Part shown: positions 1 through 12,500 of the stretch, piece after piece
How the letters are laid out: the number at the start of each line of letters is the position of its first letter
Numbering within the stretch: the first letter of the stretch is position 1
Translations under genes and position numbers: made by a program
Source of the DNA: Schmidtea nova
Lineage: Eukaryota
Reading direction: 5' to 3'
Assembly (NCBI GenBank): GCA_044892505.1
Contig: CM097884.1
Coordinates: 11,346,001-11,410,000 of the forward strand
Length of the DNA: 64,000 nt
The notes under the pieces: model-generated
What the model saw: the letters and a program-made list of their open reading frames with translations, nothing else
The model's database searches: none
Told to the model about the DNA's origin: nothing

Positions 1-286
1 TGTGAAAGGGAAAAGGAATTATACAACCCATGAGACTGCCTTGTAATAGAACGTTTTCTACCGCTAAAAATACATACCAATTGATTTACAATGCCTTGTA
101 GAGTAAAACTAGTAATAAAATGTTTTCTATTAAAAATCGGCACAGGTCGTGAGAATATTGTCAGATTTAGTTTAAGGTCTACATTAGACCATGGCAATGC
201 AAGATATACCTTTAGAAATAGTAAGTCTTAACTTGTTAGTGTTTCAATACACATTCAGTTGTTTTACATTACTAACTCTGACGTTC

Positions 287-483
287 NNNNNNNNNNNNNN
301 NNNNNNNNNNNNNNNNNNNNNNNNNNNNNNNNNNNNNNNNNNNNNNNNNNNNNNNNNNNNNNNNNNNNNNNNNNNNNNNNNNNNNNNNNNNNNNNNNNNN
401 NNNNNNNNNNNNNNNNNNNNNNNNNNNNNNNNNNNNNNNNNNNNNNNNNNNNNNNNNNNNNNNNNNNNNNNNNNNNNNNNNNN
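287..483. other. Assembly gap (N run)
   Basis: Run of N; ORFs spanning it are artefacts. Confidence 1.
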
Positions 484-1199
484 CAAGTTTGATCACCTTT
501 GATCTTTTTTCTATTTCATTTTTTCTCAGACAATAGATCAAAACTTTCTCCCATTAAACATAATTTTTTTATGCATTAACTAATTCTAGAACCTTTAACC
601 TTTTTTAACTTACTGCCGACTTTGAACTAAAATCAGTCAAACGTCCATTTAGAAATCTTGAAACCAATTAAAAAAAATTTACTTTTGTAATTTTTGGCAT
701 TAAACAATAGCAATTTTACAAAGATGATTCCTGTACTTGATACTTTAATATTGAACATTTGATGTCAGACTTCAGTTGAGTAAGAAAAATTCTCAAATCT
801 CATCTCTTTGAAATATCGAGATTGCTTATTTGTCTGTAAATTTTTTCTACTACATTGAATCCACATTAATTTCCATTCTAGTGTCCACTAATGGGCGATT
901 TCAACCCGGCTGAATGTTCAAAAAAGGGATATAAATTGAACTTATCATTTTAATATATTCTAAATTAATACATATATTCAAATTTTGATAGGGTAAAAAT
1001 AGTATTCAACTTTATATCAAATATTCCTTTGTTTAAGTTACTTAAAACATTTTATAAAACAGTTTTCAATGTTTCTAAGCAGCAATGTTTAAAAATTGTT
1101 TCATTGTAGAAAAAACAATCGATTATTTTACAGAAAAATATTTTAAAAATAACCGATTTTAACTTTATCTTTCTGTGATTATAGTAATTTGAATTTCAG

Positions 1200-1433
1200 A
1201 AACAATGGGAACTTAAAGAAAAACAAAAATTGAAAAAAAATTCATCATCTCAAACGATTGAGAATGGATTTTATGTCTGTCCGTATTGTGAAGACGATAT
1301 TCCTGAATCTCTGCAATTTATCCATTACCCACATTGCCTCGAAAAATACCGATCGAAAAACCAATCGCTACTGAAGTCCGGCAGTGGTGTCAATATATTC
1401 AAAACAAATCGAAAATCGAGTCATCATAAAATA
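1200..1433 (+). CDS. Internal coding exon of a host gene with a UBZ/Rad18-type zinc finger (CPYC-x10-HYPHC)
   Basis: Acceptor atttcag|1200 and donor 1433|gtaagt; 234 nt open, phase 0/0; KQWELKEKQKLKK...VCPYCEDDIPESLQFIHYPHCL. Confidence 0.7.
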
Positions 1434-2778
1434 GTAAGTTATCAATAGATTTCAACGTAGCATTCGATGAGTAACACTTTGCTTGTGTGTGCATCTGTGT
1501 GTATATTTGTTTGCGCACAAGCGTGTGTCACGCATCGTGTGCACACCATATTTGGTCTATTGTTCATTTTACAATCAGCTTCAATCGTTTATTGATTTAG
1601 TTTTCTGTTCCATTCTAAAATTGATTTCAAATTATTACAATTCTTGTGCAAATATTTACTATTCTTTGGCACAAATTTGTTTTGCTATTGAAAGTTGATT
1701 GTTATCAAAAATTTGATAATAAACATTTTGAAAATTAAATTTTTATGGACCAGCAAATTTTTAGAAATCAAAAAATAAGTTAATTTTTCACAAGTAAAAT
1801 TGACAGTTACATAACTAGTTTGAATATTATACATTTAGCAAATTTTTAAAAATTACAAAATAAACTTTTGTAAAAGTTAAAATATTCCCATACTAATCAT
1901 TGAGTACAAAAAAGCATCTCAAATGGATCTTTAAGTACCTATTAAATATTTTGTAGATGCAAAGCTAGATACAATTTAAAAGAAAAAAAAGATCAAGTCC
2001 AGTTTTTTATTCCTGGACTCTAAAACAGACTTGATAAAATAAATATTTTATTCTTTTAAAAAAATTTTAATTTATTTTATGGATTCACGATATCCTTTAT
2101 TTGTACCTATTTCAGGTATTACTACTGAACGGCTTTAGTAAAAATATATCGACTTAATTAAAACTGACATTTAGTAGAAATTTTTGATTTTTTCTGATCA
2201 AGCCAATTTTTATCATAATTACCTTTTGGTTTCACCTTTGATCTGTTTTATTTAAATCAATAATTTTCATATTAATAATTGTATGACTAGATCAAAATTT
2301 TTTTTGGTTGTTAGGTACACGATATGTTGACACAGCCTTTATCAAGTGTGTATTTATTTTGAATAAAATATTTATTATAAAATATTTTATTTTATTTTAT
2401 TTTATTTAATAGAAAGACAAAAATAAATCCAAAAGAAAAAACTTCCAACAGATGCCAGTTTTCAATAAGTCTTTTACATTTTACTAGATAGTCGAAGGCG
2501 ACTCTTTCAGTATTATTTCCTGAAATAGATAAAAATAAATGAATTCATAAATTTCTAAAATTAAATTTAATTAATATAAAAACCATGGATGGGGAGTTGA
2601 TTGGAAAACGATCAACTCCCCACTCCTTTCAGTTTCATTAGGCACCACACGATTCCGAAAATTGATCAGTGAAAAATTTGTTAACCTTTGAAATTTGGTT
2701 GTCACTATAAGATACTTTTTTATATCGTTGTTTTACGTTACGCCGCGAAAAGAAGCTTCAGGAAATTCAAAAATATTA

Positions 2779-2784
<6 letters not shown>

Positions 2785-2813
<29 letters not shown>
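2785..2813. repeat. (TA)n microsatellite
   Basis: Direct inspection. Confidence 0.95.
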
Positions 2814-2816
<3 letters not shown>

Positions 2817-2819
2817 AGA

Positions 2820-3190
2820 TAAATATGAATGAAGTTACGAATTTCGAAATCCAGCTGAAGAAACTTAATCACGGGAAAAATGGTCATACATTGAAATAAG
2901 ACTGTCACTATTAAATATTGTTTGGAGAACTATGTATTGCATTGTAATGATAGAGAAAGCTATCAGCAATTTCAAAGTGTTAATCTTTTTGTTATACGAT
3001 AAATATTAATGAAGTTACGAATTTCCGAATTCTACTGAAGAAATTCAACATCAGAAAAAAGGTTAACTTTGAAATAAGGCTGTCCCTCTTACATATTATT
3101 TTGAGAACGATGTATTTCATTGTATCGACAGAGAAAGCTACCAGCAATTTAGAAGTGTTAATCTTTTTGTTATACGATAAATATTACCGG
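2820..3190. repeat. Diverged ~180-bp tandem duplication
   Basis: aatgaagttacgaatttc...gagaaagcta(t/c)cagcaattt...gtgttaatctttttgttatacgataaatatt occurs twice. Confidence 0.8.
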
Positions 3191-4662
3191 AGATATGGAT
3201 TTTAGAATATTTTCTTTTAACATTACAATAGGCATAAAAAAGTTCAGGAATAGTGGAAATATTACCAATTCCGATTACTGAAAAATATCCGATTCCCGTT
3301 TCCGATTCAGAGTCCCAGATTGAATAAATGTTCTCTCTAGACACATTATTTCTTATCTCTTTTGGGCTCTTGTATAATAAAACTATCCCTCGCTCTGTAT
3401 CCATGCATTATTCGTTTTTTGACCACTAATCTGGGGCCTGATGTGCATTTTATTTGATTAGGATTCATATTTTTCGTAACTTTGACATTCGTGCATGAAA
3501 TAAAGAGAAGTTTAATTATTTTTTCCTAAGTGAAAAAGGAGTCGAAGAGTCTAATAATTTCTATCGACTTGGACTCCGATATCGACTCCTCGAAAAACCT
3601 TCGACTCAAACTCCCAATCCCAGGTAAAAACAATTAAAATTTAAATAAAATAGACTCCACTTTATATACAATGAGATCAGTCCTATAGATTGGCATATTT
3701 GATAGGGTTGGCAAATTTCTTACAAGTCAAATCTCCCCATCCTTTGAAAAAATCAACAATATTAGATCATTTAAATTTTTTCTCTCCCCAAAATTTTTGG
3801 CTCGTTTGTAGCTTCTACTTAATTTTTAATATAGATTACATAAAAAAAGGAAATCGACAAATTTTAACATTAATTATTTATTAATTGGAACAACAGTAAA
3901 AATATTTTCATTTGTTCATATTCTCACATTGACACCAATCACAAACTGTATATAAATTAGACGAAAATGCTTAAGGAGCATGCATAATAGAACAATTTGA
4001 AAACTGGAACTTTTAGGTATTCCATAAGGTTCGTTTGGGACACTGGAACTCGAGGATTAAAACCGGTGACAATCTCGATTAATCGGGAAGTCTGGAAACC
4101 GTAATATTTGTTGATATCATTTTATATTGTAATATAGAATTTTATGCTTTTAAGTCAAAAACTTTAAACAATTTCATGGGCATTATTTTTATTATTTTTA
4201 AAAATTATCTATATATCTGAGAGATTAAAAATAAAATATGATTCACTAATTCTTTAATTTTACTTGTTTAAATATTTGAGTGATACTCACCATTTCTATA
4301 TTCAATTTACTATATACTGAAATTTTTTTTCCCTGATCCAGATTTTTTGTCATTGTCACGTGACTTTTGCGTCTAGGCTGAAAAGGTGTAAATAGATCTG
4401 GTTGTATTTATTTGTATTTAGCTGTCTAATGCATTTGACGGCATATTAAAAATGTGTATGTATGCATGCCCCGAACGCTCTACACATTTCTCTGCTTATA
4501 TCAGATTAAAATTGGAAATGGTTTATATACTGTAGCATATGTTAAGATAAGGCTATTCATGTGTTTACCTATCAAAATTGCTGTTAAAAATGTACTTCCT
4601 TTTAAAACTTGTTAAATAAATGTCAAAACCGTACTAAGTTTATTAAATATTTTTAATTTCAG

Positions 4663-4824
4663 CATCGTTCAAAGTCTTGCGATAGAATCCATCAATCAAA
4701 AATAGACAGCTTGAAAAAAGAATTGGAAAAGGTGCATGACAATGATATCAATGCAATAATGAATATTGTGGTTGAATTGGATAAAAAATGTGTCATATCC
4801 GGTTGTAATAAAAAGAAAACAAAA
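4663..4824 (+). CDS. Coding exon of the same host gene; first half of an AN1-type zinc finger
   Basis: ttttaatttcag|4663 and 4824|gtaaaa; 54 open codons, phase 0/0; DINAIMNIVVELDKKCVISGC resembles the IGHMBP2 segment preceding its AN1 finger (recalled sequence). Confidence 0.65.
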
Positions 4825-4984
4825 GTAAAATTATTTTTCATTCTTTCATTAAATTTTATAATCAAATTTTATAATATTATTTAGTTTTATATAATTTTTT
4901 ACAAAATTTTAAAAAAATTCAAATTTTTCTTGAAAAGAATTATTAAATTGCAACTGACAATATAAATTTTTGGTTATCCTATAA

Positions 4985-5510
4985 CAGTGATTCTCAACCT
5001 TTTTTGTCGTGGCATTGTAACTATAAGATAACTTTATAAGAATTTTACTTACCCATAATACACTGTTAAATAGTTTATGATAATAATTTTCAATGTAAAA
5101 TAAAATAATATGTACTACAAAGACAACAGAATGTTTATTGAGTGATTAATTACAAATTAATTATAATAATACATTTATTGTGCAATTTGAGCTTGATGAT
5201 TTTAGATAATTTCATTTAAAATTGGTCGTAAAAATGATAATGCCACTCTCATTTCGTCATCTACATTTAAAAGTCTAGATCTTTTTTCGTTATTATATTG
5301 GTTAATGCTGAAAATCCGAATTCGCGCAAAAAAGATGTAGAAAATTGTAATAATATTTTTAAAGCTTTGGCTATTATGGGATAATTGCATCCAAAATGAA
5401 TTAATTGAATCTTCCGAATGTTTTAAAGTTAAATCTTGATTATTAAAAAGTGAAATTAGTTCTTCCTCTTCATTCATAGTTAAATCATATACATATGTAT
5501 CCGTTATCAC
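4985..5510 (-). mobile_element. hAT (Buster/Charlie-like) transposon 3' remnant with terminal inverted repeat
   Basis: CAGTGATTCTCAACCTTTTTTG at 4985 is a Buster-type TIR; minus-strand FWMQL...KRSRLLNVDDEMRVALSFLRP matches the Buster/FAM200-type transposase C-terminus. Confidence 0.75.
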
Positions 5511-5949
5511 AAATGGATTACGAACCCAATCAATTTTTTTATATTTAAATTCGGGAAGTAATGAATAATTCTCTGCTCTAGTTTTGTCAAATGGTCAATA
5601 GCATTTTTATGAATAGTTTTATAGGAGTCTTGGAACTGACGCAAACTTTTCCAAATTACCTTACTGTGCTTTGTTCTTCCAAAATATTTTTTTGAGTTTA
5701 ATTAGTTTTACTTGACGTCTCGGTTTTCAAGTCAATGTTCCAGCGTCCCGAAAGAGGTTTTACGGGACGTCCATTCTTCCCGGTCCAAAATATGTGAATA
5801 TAAATTTAGTATTCTTGCACATAATGCAAATATTTTCACTAAGGGGAATTCAGTGGACAGACAAATGAAATCGATTACTGCCAGAAACAGTAGAAGGTAT
5901 CTTACATTGTATCGTCAATTTGACTTCAATTGCAGCTAGGAAATCTAAT

Positions 5950-6395
5950 GCCGTCATACTGAAAACCCCGATACCGGTCAATTTTTTACGGTATTAAATA
6001 CCGGTATCCAAAGGTTAAATACCGGTATTTTGGTATTTCAAACTTTATTTTTTATCAATTTTTTCATCATTTATCTACTTTTCTCAATTTTGATTGATTT
6101 CTTAAATAGTAATAATGATTGATTATAATTGATTATGATAGATTTAAAACTATGTATGAATTTTATTGATGCCGATTTTGAAAGAGTTTCAGTCACAATC
6201 TCAGCACTTTTGCCGGTAAAATTAGCTGTTGAGTCACTATGTCGCGAAGCCGCAAACTTACTTGCTGCAGATACGACGATCAAATTTATATTTGATAGGC
6301 TAAGTGAAATTAAGTCATCACTGAGCGAAGAACTTCTTAGTGCGTTAAATGAACGCATACTTGCAAGAAGAACGGAATTGTCTGATCTATTTTAA
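5950..6395 (+). mobile_element. Second hAT remnant (subterminal AATACCGGTATT repeats plus transposase fragment)
   Basis: Repeated taccggt motifs at 5970-6030; LLPVKLAVESLCREAANLLAAD...ERILARRTELS resembles invertebrate hAT transposases. Confidence 0.55.
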
Positions 6396-6449
6396 ATAAC
6401 TTAAAATTAATTAAATTTTTGTTGTGCTTTATTTTAATTATAATTTTAA

Positions 6450-7660
6450 AAGAATTTCTAAAATTATATTTTATTTGAACTTTCTCATGGAATTAAAATT
6501 TCCTTTGTTTTTCTTTGATCTCTTTGTGTCTTTAACAATTTTGTGTATTTTTGACCAGAAAAAATCTCCTTCTAGATAATGAAACAGTTTCTTAATTCTA
6601 ACATAGCATAAATCTTCGTGTATCCTAATCACTAATTTAGTTTGACAGCTTTCTGGAATTACAATTAGATCTGTCTTGTCTATTTCCAACATTCATATCA
6701 CCAGATTTCTTTAATCGACCTTTATATCTAAAAAACTATTTTGGAAAAATTCGCTTTGAATGTTGCTTTCATTTTGAAGATTTTTTTCGCTTCTTGGAAC
6801 GCCTTCTCTTTCTTTTGTTCTTCTGTAATTTTAAAATTGCTTATGTTATATATGCGACGTTTGCCATTGTGCACATAGACCCGATTCTAGATAATCCATC
6901 CCCGTTGGCACGATCTTCTCCTTTTCGGTATTTCAATTGTAAATCGTTTTCCGACTGATAAGCTATCTATGTCGGAAATTGTGGACTTATTGCATTCTTC
7001 ATCGTGCTTATTAATACAAACCCTTTGAGTTCTGTCTGAGTCATGCATTCTTAATCGTATAAATACTGCCTAAAATATATAACATATTCATGCTACGCCA
7101 ATAAATCTTTTCTGATTACACAAAAACCTTCTCTGTGAGCTGTCAGCTGCCTGGAGCCGTAAGGAATAACTACTTCTGAACCATATTTTTTTACTTAAAA
7201 ATGCTCCAATAACTTCAAAACTGACATCAGTATCTAATATAAATTTCAGATCTATTTGAGGAAAATCAAAATATGGAGCCTTTGTTAAGGCTTCATTTAG
7301 CTGGACAAAACATCTTTCACAATTTAATTGTTTTATCACAGTCTATGACTTCCTAATGCAATGGTGCTGCTATTCTAGCATAATCTTAGACAAATCGTCT
7401 TTAATAATCTGTCAGACCCAATAATGATTGAAATTGTAGCTTTTGTAATTGAGTTTATCTGTTTTGTGTTAGTTTGTATTTCATTTCCACTAATGGCATA
7501 AATCAGGAATTTTAATTTAGTTTTTTAAATCTCACTCTTCTCCGAGTTAGTTCTTAATCCTGTTTTGGAATTCTTCTAAAAAAATTCCCATATTCGCTCA
7601 CCATGCTCAGATTGGTCATTATCATACGCAAGAATATCGCCTAAATAAATAATTGCTCAC
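6450..7660 (-). pseudogene. pol: Highly decayed Gypsy pol fragment (RT end, RNase H, integrase Zn-finger)
   Basis: LNEALTKAP...KFILDTDVSFEVIGAFLS (RNase H); RIHEDLCYVRIKKLFHYLEGDFFW (integrase N-terminus); many stops. Confidence 0.7.
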
Positions 7661-8480
7661 AATTATCAGTAGTATAAATAATTTAAAATAGCTTATCCTA
7701 ATTTAGGCACACATGGAGTTTTTTTATATTTATTTTCAAATGATTATATTTCATACAAACAATTAGAGTAATATTTATTTCAATGTTGAAATATTTTTAT
7801 TTTCAATTTCCTTCATCTTCTTTTGTTTCCAAAATAAAAATCAAGATTTTTATTTATTTGACAAGAACTCTTGGCACTTGTTATTTAAGTTGTATAATTT
7901 TAAAATTGTTAGAAGAAAGAGTTTGTGCCATAAGTTTATTTTACAAAAAGATAAGTAATAGTTTTACAAGTCGAGAAGTATCTAAAACAGGGATGTTTAA
8001 CTTTTTACAGCATCTGGGCCACATGGTAAATTTTTTTAATGCAGGTGGGCCGCATAAAAAAGTCAACTACATTTAAAAGTTTAGTTTTATTATGGAAATG
8101 AATAATACATTGTATATGTAATGTATATAATATTAAAATCTTGGTGTGTAATGTGATGTGGTAATTTTGAACGAACCCGAACTTAATGTGATTTTTAAAA
8201 TTGGTGCTTTTTTGGTAGACTAACAAATTTTCTCCCTAGTTGTTTAAATAACTATTGAATTAATTTTAATTGCATTAAGATTAGAAAAATGTTGAAATAC
8301 GACATCAACATTTGAATATTTGTGGTATGTTTCTTAAGTTATATGTTATTATAAATTATATGATATTGAGAGACATTAATATTTGATCTTTAACTTTGAT
8401 AATTTAATATATTAAACAATAATATCATATAATTGGCATTATAATATCTCACAAAAATAAATTATTATTTTTTAATTTAG

Positions 8481-8876
8481 ACATGCCTCGAGTGCTGTTC
8501 AGATTACTGCTCCAGTCATTATTCACCGGATGCTAACAATAATCAGCATTTTAACTGTCCAGTCATTCTAGAGAAGCTGAACGCTGATCGCCACAAAAAA
8601 CTTGGATCTAACAATCCGTTATTAAAAACAATTGAACAGTTACAAACTCCAACATTTGCAGATGGTGCTATGATAAGACGTATAAAGCGCGTTAAATTGA
8701 TTGACAACCCCAGCAATGAAGAAAATTTGAGTTCAAATCAAATTTCTCAAAATAATTCTGCTAACATTAATCAAACAAGAACCAGAAATGGGCCCATGTT
8801 ATCATTTGAGAGAAATCATTTAAAGAAACATTTACAGGAGAAAATTTCTCTTATGATTGATAAAAGATCAAAATAA
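8481..8876 (+). CDS. Terminal coding exon; second half of the AN1 finger and an IGHMBP2-like basic C-terminal helix
   Basis: tttaatttag|8481, in frame with ORF 8670-8876; TCLECCSDYCSSHYSP...HFNC completes the AN1 finger when joined to 4824; ends LKKHLQEKISLMIDKRSK*. Confidence 0.7.
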   Translation, partial: TCLECCSDYCSSHYSPDANNNQHFNCPVILEKLNADRHKKLGSNNPLLKTIEQLQTPTFADGAMIRRIKRVKLIDNPSNEENLSSNQISQNNSANINQTRTRNGPMLSFERNHLKKHLQEKISLMIDKRSK

Positions 8877-9022
8877 ATTTTATAATTTTTTAGTTTGATT
8901 TCAAATTAAATTGACAATATATTTCAATTTCATTAATATTAGAAGTTTTAAAAACAGCACCATGAGACCGAGCACCATGAGACCGAGCTTAATCTACCTC
9001 ACAAAACAACTTGAATTTTATT

Positions 9023-9240
9023 TTATTCGGCTGAAACATAAAAATTGATGTTGCCGAGGTAACCGTCGTCGCTGTCACTATCAAGACTTATAGAAGTTTC
9101 ATCAGGAATGTTCAATGCTTCTTTCCACACAACATTATACGTGTGACGTTCATTTTCAGGTGGTAACAGAACTTTCAAGCTACTTTGTCGTTTAACACGG
9201 GAAAATGCTACACACAACATACCGTGATAAAAGATTTATT
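9023..9240 (-). mobile_element. Helitron Rep/PIF1-helicase C-terminal fragment
   Basis: IFYHGMLCVAFSRVKRQSSLKVLL...TYNVVWKEAL corresponds to the FSHGQLYVAxSRV...TxNVVYKE motif. Confidence 0.75.
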
Positions 9241-9699
9241 ATAACTATTCCAAGTATTTGAGACGTCATTCATATGAAAATTGTTATTTCAAAACTAAGG
9301 TTCTAAATAAATTTTTCCAAAGTCGTGACCCATCTAGATCGTTTTTTCACACCGGAAAATGGTAGCAAGCCAATTTTCAGAAAATATTACAGATAAATAA
9401 ATATACATATATACAATTATTGTTGGTTTAATAAGATAAATATAATATTTATTTAATATAAACATGTTATTGACTTTTTAGGATGGTTAGTGATATAGAT
9501 ATCTGAGCAGTTACAAATAATCATTACGTCATACATTCAATCAAATTCAATATGCTGTTGGGCTGACAAGTAAATATTTTGATTTGTTAAAATTCATCGA
9601 AAACATACATGCACCGCAATAAGTCAATTTAAAATCCATAATAACACCAAGTAATTTAAAGTAAGAACATTAAAAAATAGGATCAATAAACATAACTAA

Positions 9700-11520
9700 A
9701 TAAAATATATAAAACGCAAGTGGTTGTAAGCACAACATAGTGTTGGGCAAAAACTGCAAGTTGTTTTAATAAAGCAGTAACCCATAAGTAGAGAACGCGC
9801 AAGATTCAATTTTAACCCAAACATTCATTGAAAACCAAAGTGATTAAGAGAAAAACGTCAAAAAAGGTGAAGTTGACACAAGCACATCAACCAGTAGAGT
9901 ATGCGCTAGCTGTGAATTTGCAAGTCCTTACACTGAAATCTCGAGAAAAATTAAATATCATCAAAAGAAGAACGTTTGAAAGTTAGAATAAGCGGAAAAC
10001 CCATTGAAAATGCCCATAAAGAACAGAATTTTGTCATAAATCTTCTGTGCAGAAAAATTAACAAAATTTTAGAAGAAAATTGTGATTTTATCACAAAATT
10101 TCACATTTAACAATAAACAGAACTAATATTGATCGAAATATCGTAAATTAAATCAAATCGAACAAATTTCGATTTAAAAATAAAAATTTTGAATTAAAAT
10201 AAATTATTCGTGGTTTATAAAAAATTATTACACAAAATTATGGATTTAATTTTCGGAAAATAATTAGAATTAATTTAGAAAAATTAAAAAGAACATTCTA
10301 GAACAAATTGTTTTACTGCACTAGTGAAGGTAGCGCAAAATCGACGGTATATATACCGCCATCAAAATGGCAATAATCAGAATTTGTTGTAAGAAATTTT
10401 TTAAAAAAACTTTCCAGAGAATTTGTTAATTTTTCGAATTTGAAAGAATTTATTTCGTGGAGAAAATCCTTTGGAGCAGAATTTTGAATTTCTAGGAAAA
10501 GATTTAAGGAAGGAGAAGATAAAATCGAGAATCCGATACAAAGATTTTGGTGCGAATTCGAAGATTTTTTCCGGAGTTGGCGAATGTAAGGGTTATTTTA
10601 TTTTTTTTTTAACTTGTTCGAGGGGTATGGGATCGTCGATCATCATGCCTGATGATCATCCCATCCCTCGCGTTTTATTACTTGATAACGTATTTATTAT
10701 TTTTATGTTATTTAATATTAACATTTTGTTATGATATTATTTAAATATTAAATTCATATTTTATTCAGTTTAGTTTTGAATTTTTCTTGATGTTATTATT
10801 CACAAATTCTTAAAGTAATTAAAAATTCCATGCAAGCAGTTATCTAAATAAAATTACGAAAAATAAAAAAAAATTTTTTCTCCCATATCTTTTGACGATC
10901 CGTCCAGCCTTGTGTTGTGCGGATTTGTTAGTAGCCTGGGTGGATCGTTGTCTGATTGGTAATCGGCCAGCCCATTTTTCCACTTTAAGGTGAGGCTCAT
11001 ACATCCATAATCACGTCATCCCAACTGGGGAATCGTGGTATGGCCAAGAGCAAGGATTTGTTATATTAATGATCTTTATTATAATATAGTAGAATATTCT
11101 TAATACTTTACATAAGCAAATCGTAATATAACATAAATTCATCCAGCTCATGTCTTGATATCTAAAATAGGCACTATATTGCTAAATAAAATCGACTCGC
11201 ACTCACCTTCGCCTTTACAGAAACCTTTTCGTCTTATTGGAATTCATCATGTGTGAAATCAGAAATCAATAAAACAGCTCAATCGAAAATCATTTATTAA
11301 ATAGTGAATTAGGTAATGAGTTCGAACTCGTGGAGAATTCGGACGAGCAATATTATAAAGAATTCTTTAATCTTTTATATGAATTTATTTTATTTAATTT
11401 ATGTAAATTTAATTTTTACATTTTTGGCATATTTAGTTTTAGGTACTTGATTTTAGTATAAAGGTTATTTATTTGATTTAGTATAAATGGGACTATAAAA
11501 TAACCGAAAAGATCCATGAA
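9700..11520 (+). repeat. Dispersed ~1.8-kb repeat, copy 1 (inverted homolog at ~57180-58907)
   Basis: Several blocks match in reverse complement, e.g. tgttgggc(a/c)aaaactgcaa, taccgccatcaaaatgg, ccccagttgggatga(c/a)gtga. Confidence 0.75.
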
Positions 11521-12044
11521 AAGAATTGAAAAAAAATCGAACGTCCAATCTTCAATATAATTCTAATTGGGAAATATTATAAATTATTATTGTGATCTTG
11601 ATGGAAAATATTATTTTATATATTAATCCCATGGAATGCAGATTAAGAGAAAATTCTGATTCTAATTATTTAGATACTTATAAAAATTTAAGACTCAAAA
11701 TTTTATTATAAAAATTTCATTAAACGGTTAATAAAGTATAAACCGTAAATTACGAAGTTTTTATTATTATTTTGATTTGGGAATTATAAAAATTTATTAT
11801 TATTCAGAAATTATAAAATTAAGTGTAAACCTTAAAATTACAAAATTTGTATTATTATTCTGATTTAGGAATCATAAAAATTTATTATTATTATTTTAAT
11901 TTAGGAATTATAAAATTTACTATCATATTAATCTAAAAAGTATAAAACTTATTTTTATTAATTTAATTTAGAAATTGTAAAAATTCATATTATTATTTTA
12001 ATTTAGAATTTATTTTATATATTATGTCAATATTATTTATAAAA

Positions 12045-12500
12045 TACCCCCACGATATCACAAAATCATAATGCATCCCTACTTGCAAAAACTTACATCC
12101 ATTTCATTCATTAGTAACACCCATACTTAATACAATACAGAATGCATTCAGTTACCAACACACACACACAATACCACATTGCAATCAATAGGATCTTCTA
12201 TACTAGATAATACATTAAACAATACATCCACTCACCAACACACACAACGTGATTTCATCTCACAGTACCCACTAGCGTCATACATCCATACAACCCCCAT
12301 AAGTATTCATACAATCACATCCATTATCTATTGCCTATTACAGTAGTATCATTCTTAACATACAAACACACGCAATCACATAAAATCATAACAATAGGGC
12401 ATTCATTTTCAAACGTACTATAAAATATACATACACAAACACCCGAACTTATTTCAATTTACCTCACCGAATCACAACATGTCCCACATCCATACAAATT
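12045..12500 (+). repeat. CA-rich dispersed repeat, copy 1
   Basis: cacgatatcac(a/g)aaat...catcca...ttcattcatt shared with 50050-50480 (inverted) and 59721-60200 (direct). Confidence 0.65.

Noticed and set aside
191-541. ORFs across the first gap (likewise 15740-16090 and 59560-59790)
   Set aside because: Open only because of N runs
3530-3630. Cluster of CGACTC/GAGTCG motifs
   Set aside because: Resembles hAT subterminal repeats, but no TIR pair or coding remnant could be tied to it
10645-10660. CTGATGA as a hammerhead ribozyme core
   Set aside because: No correctly placed GAAA or three-way junction; the motif is part of a simple hairpin stem
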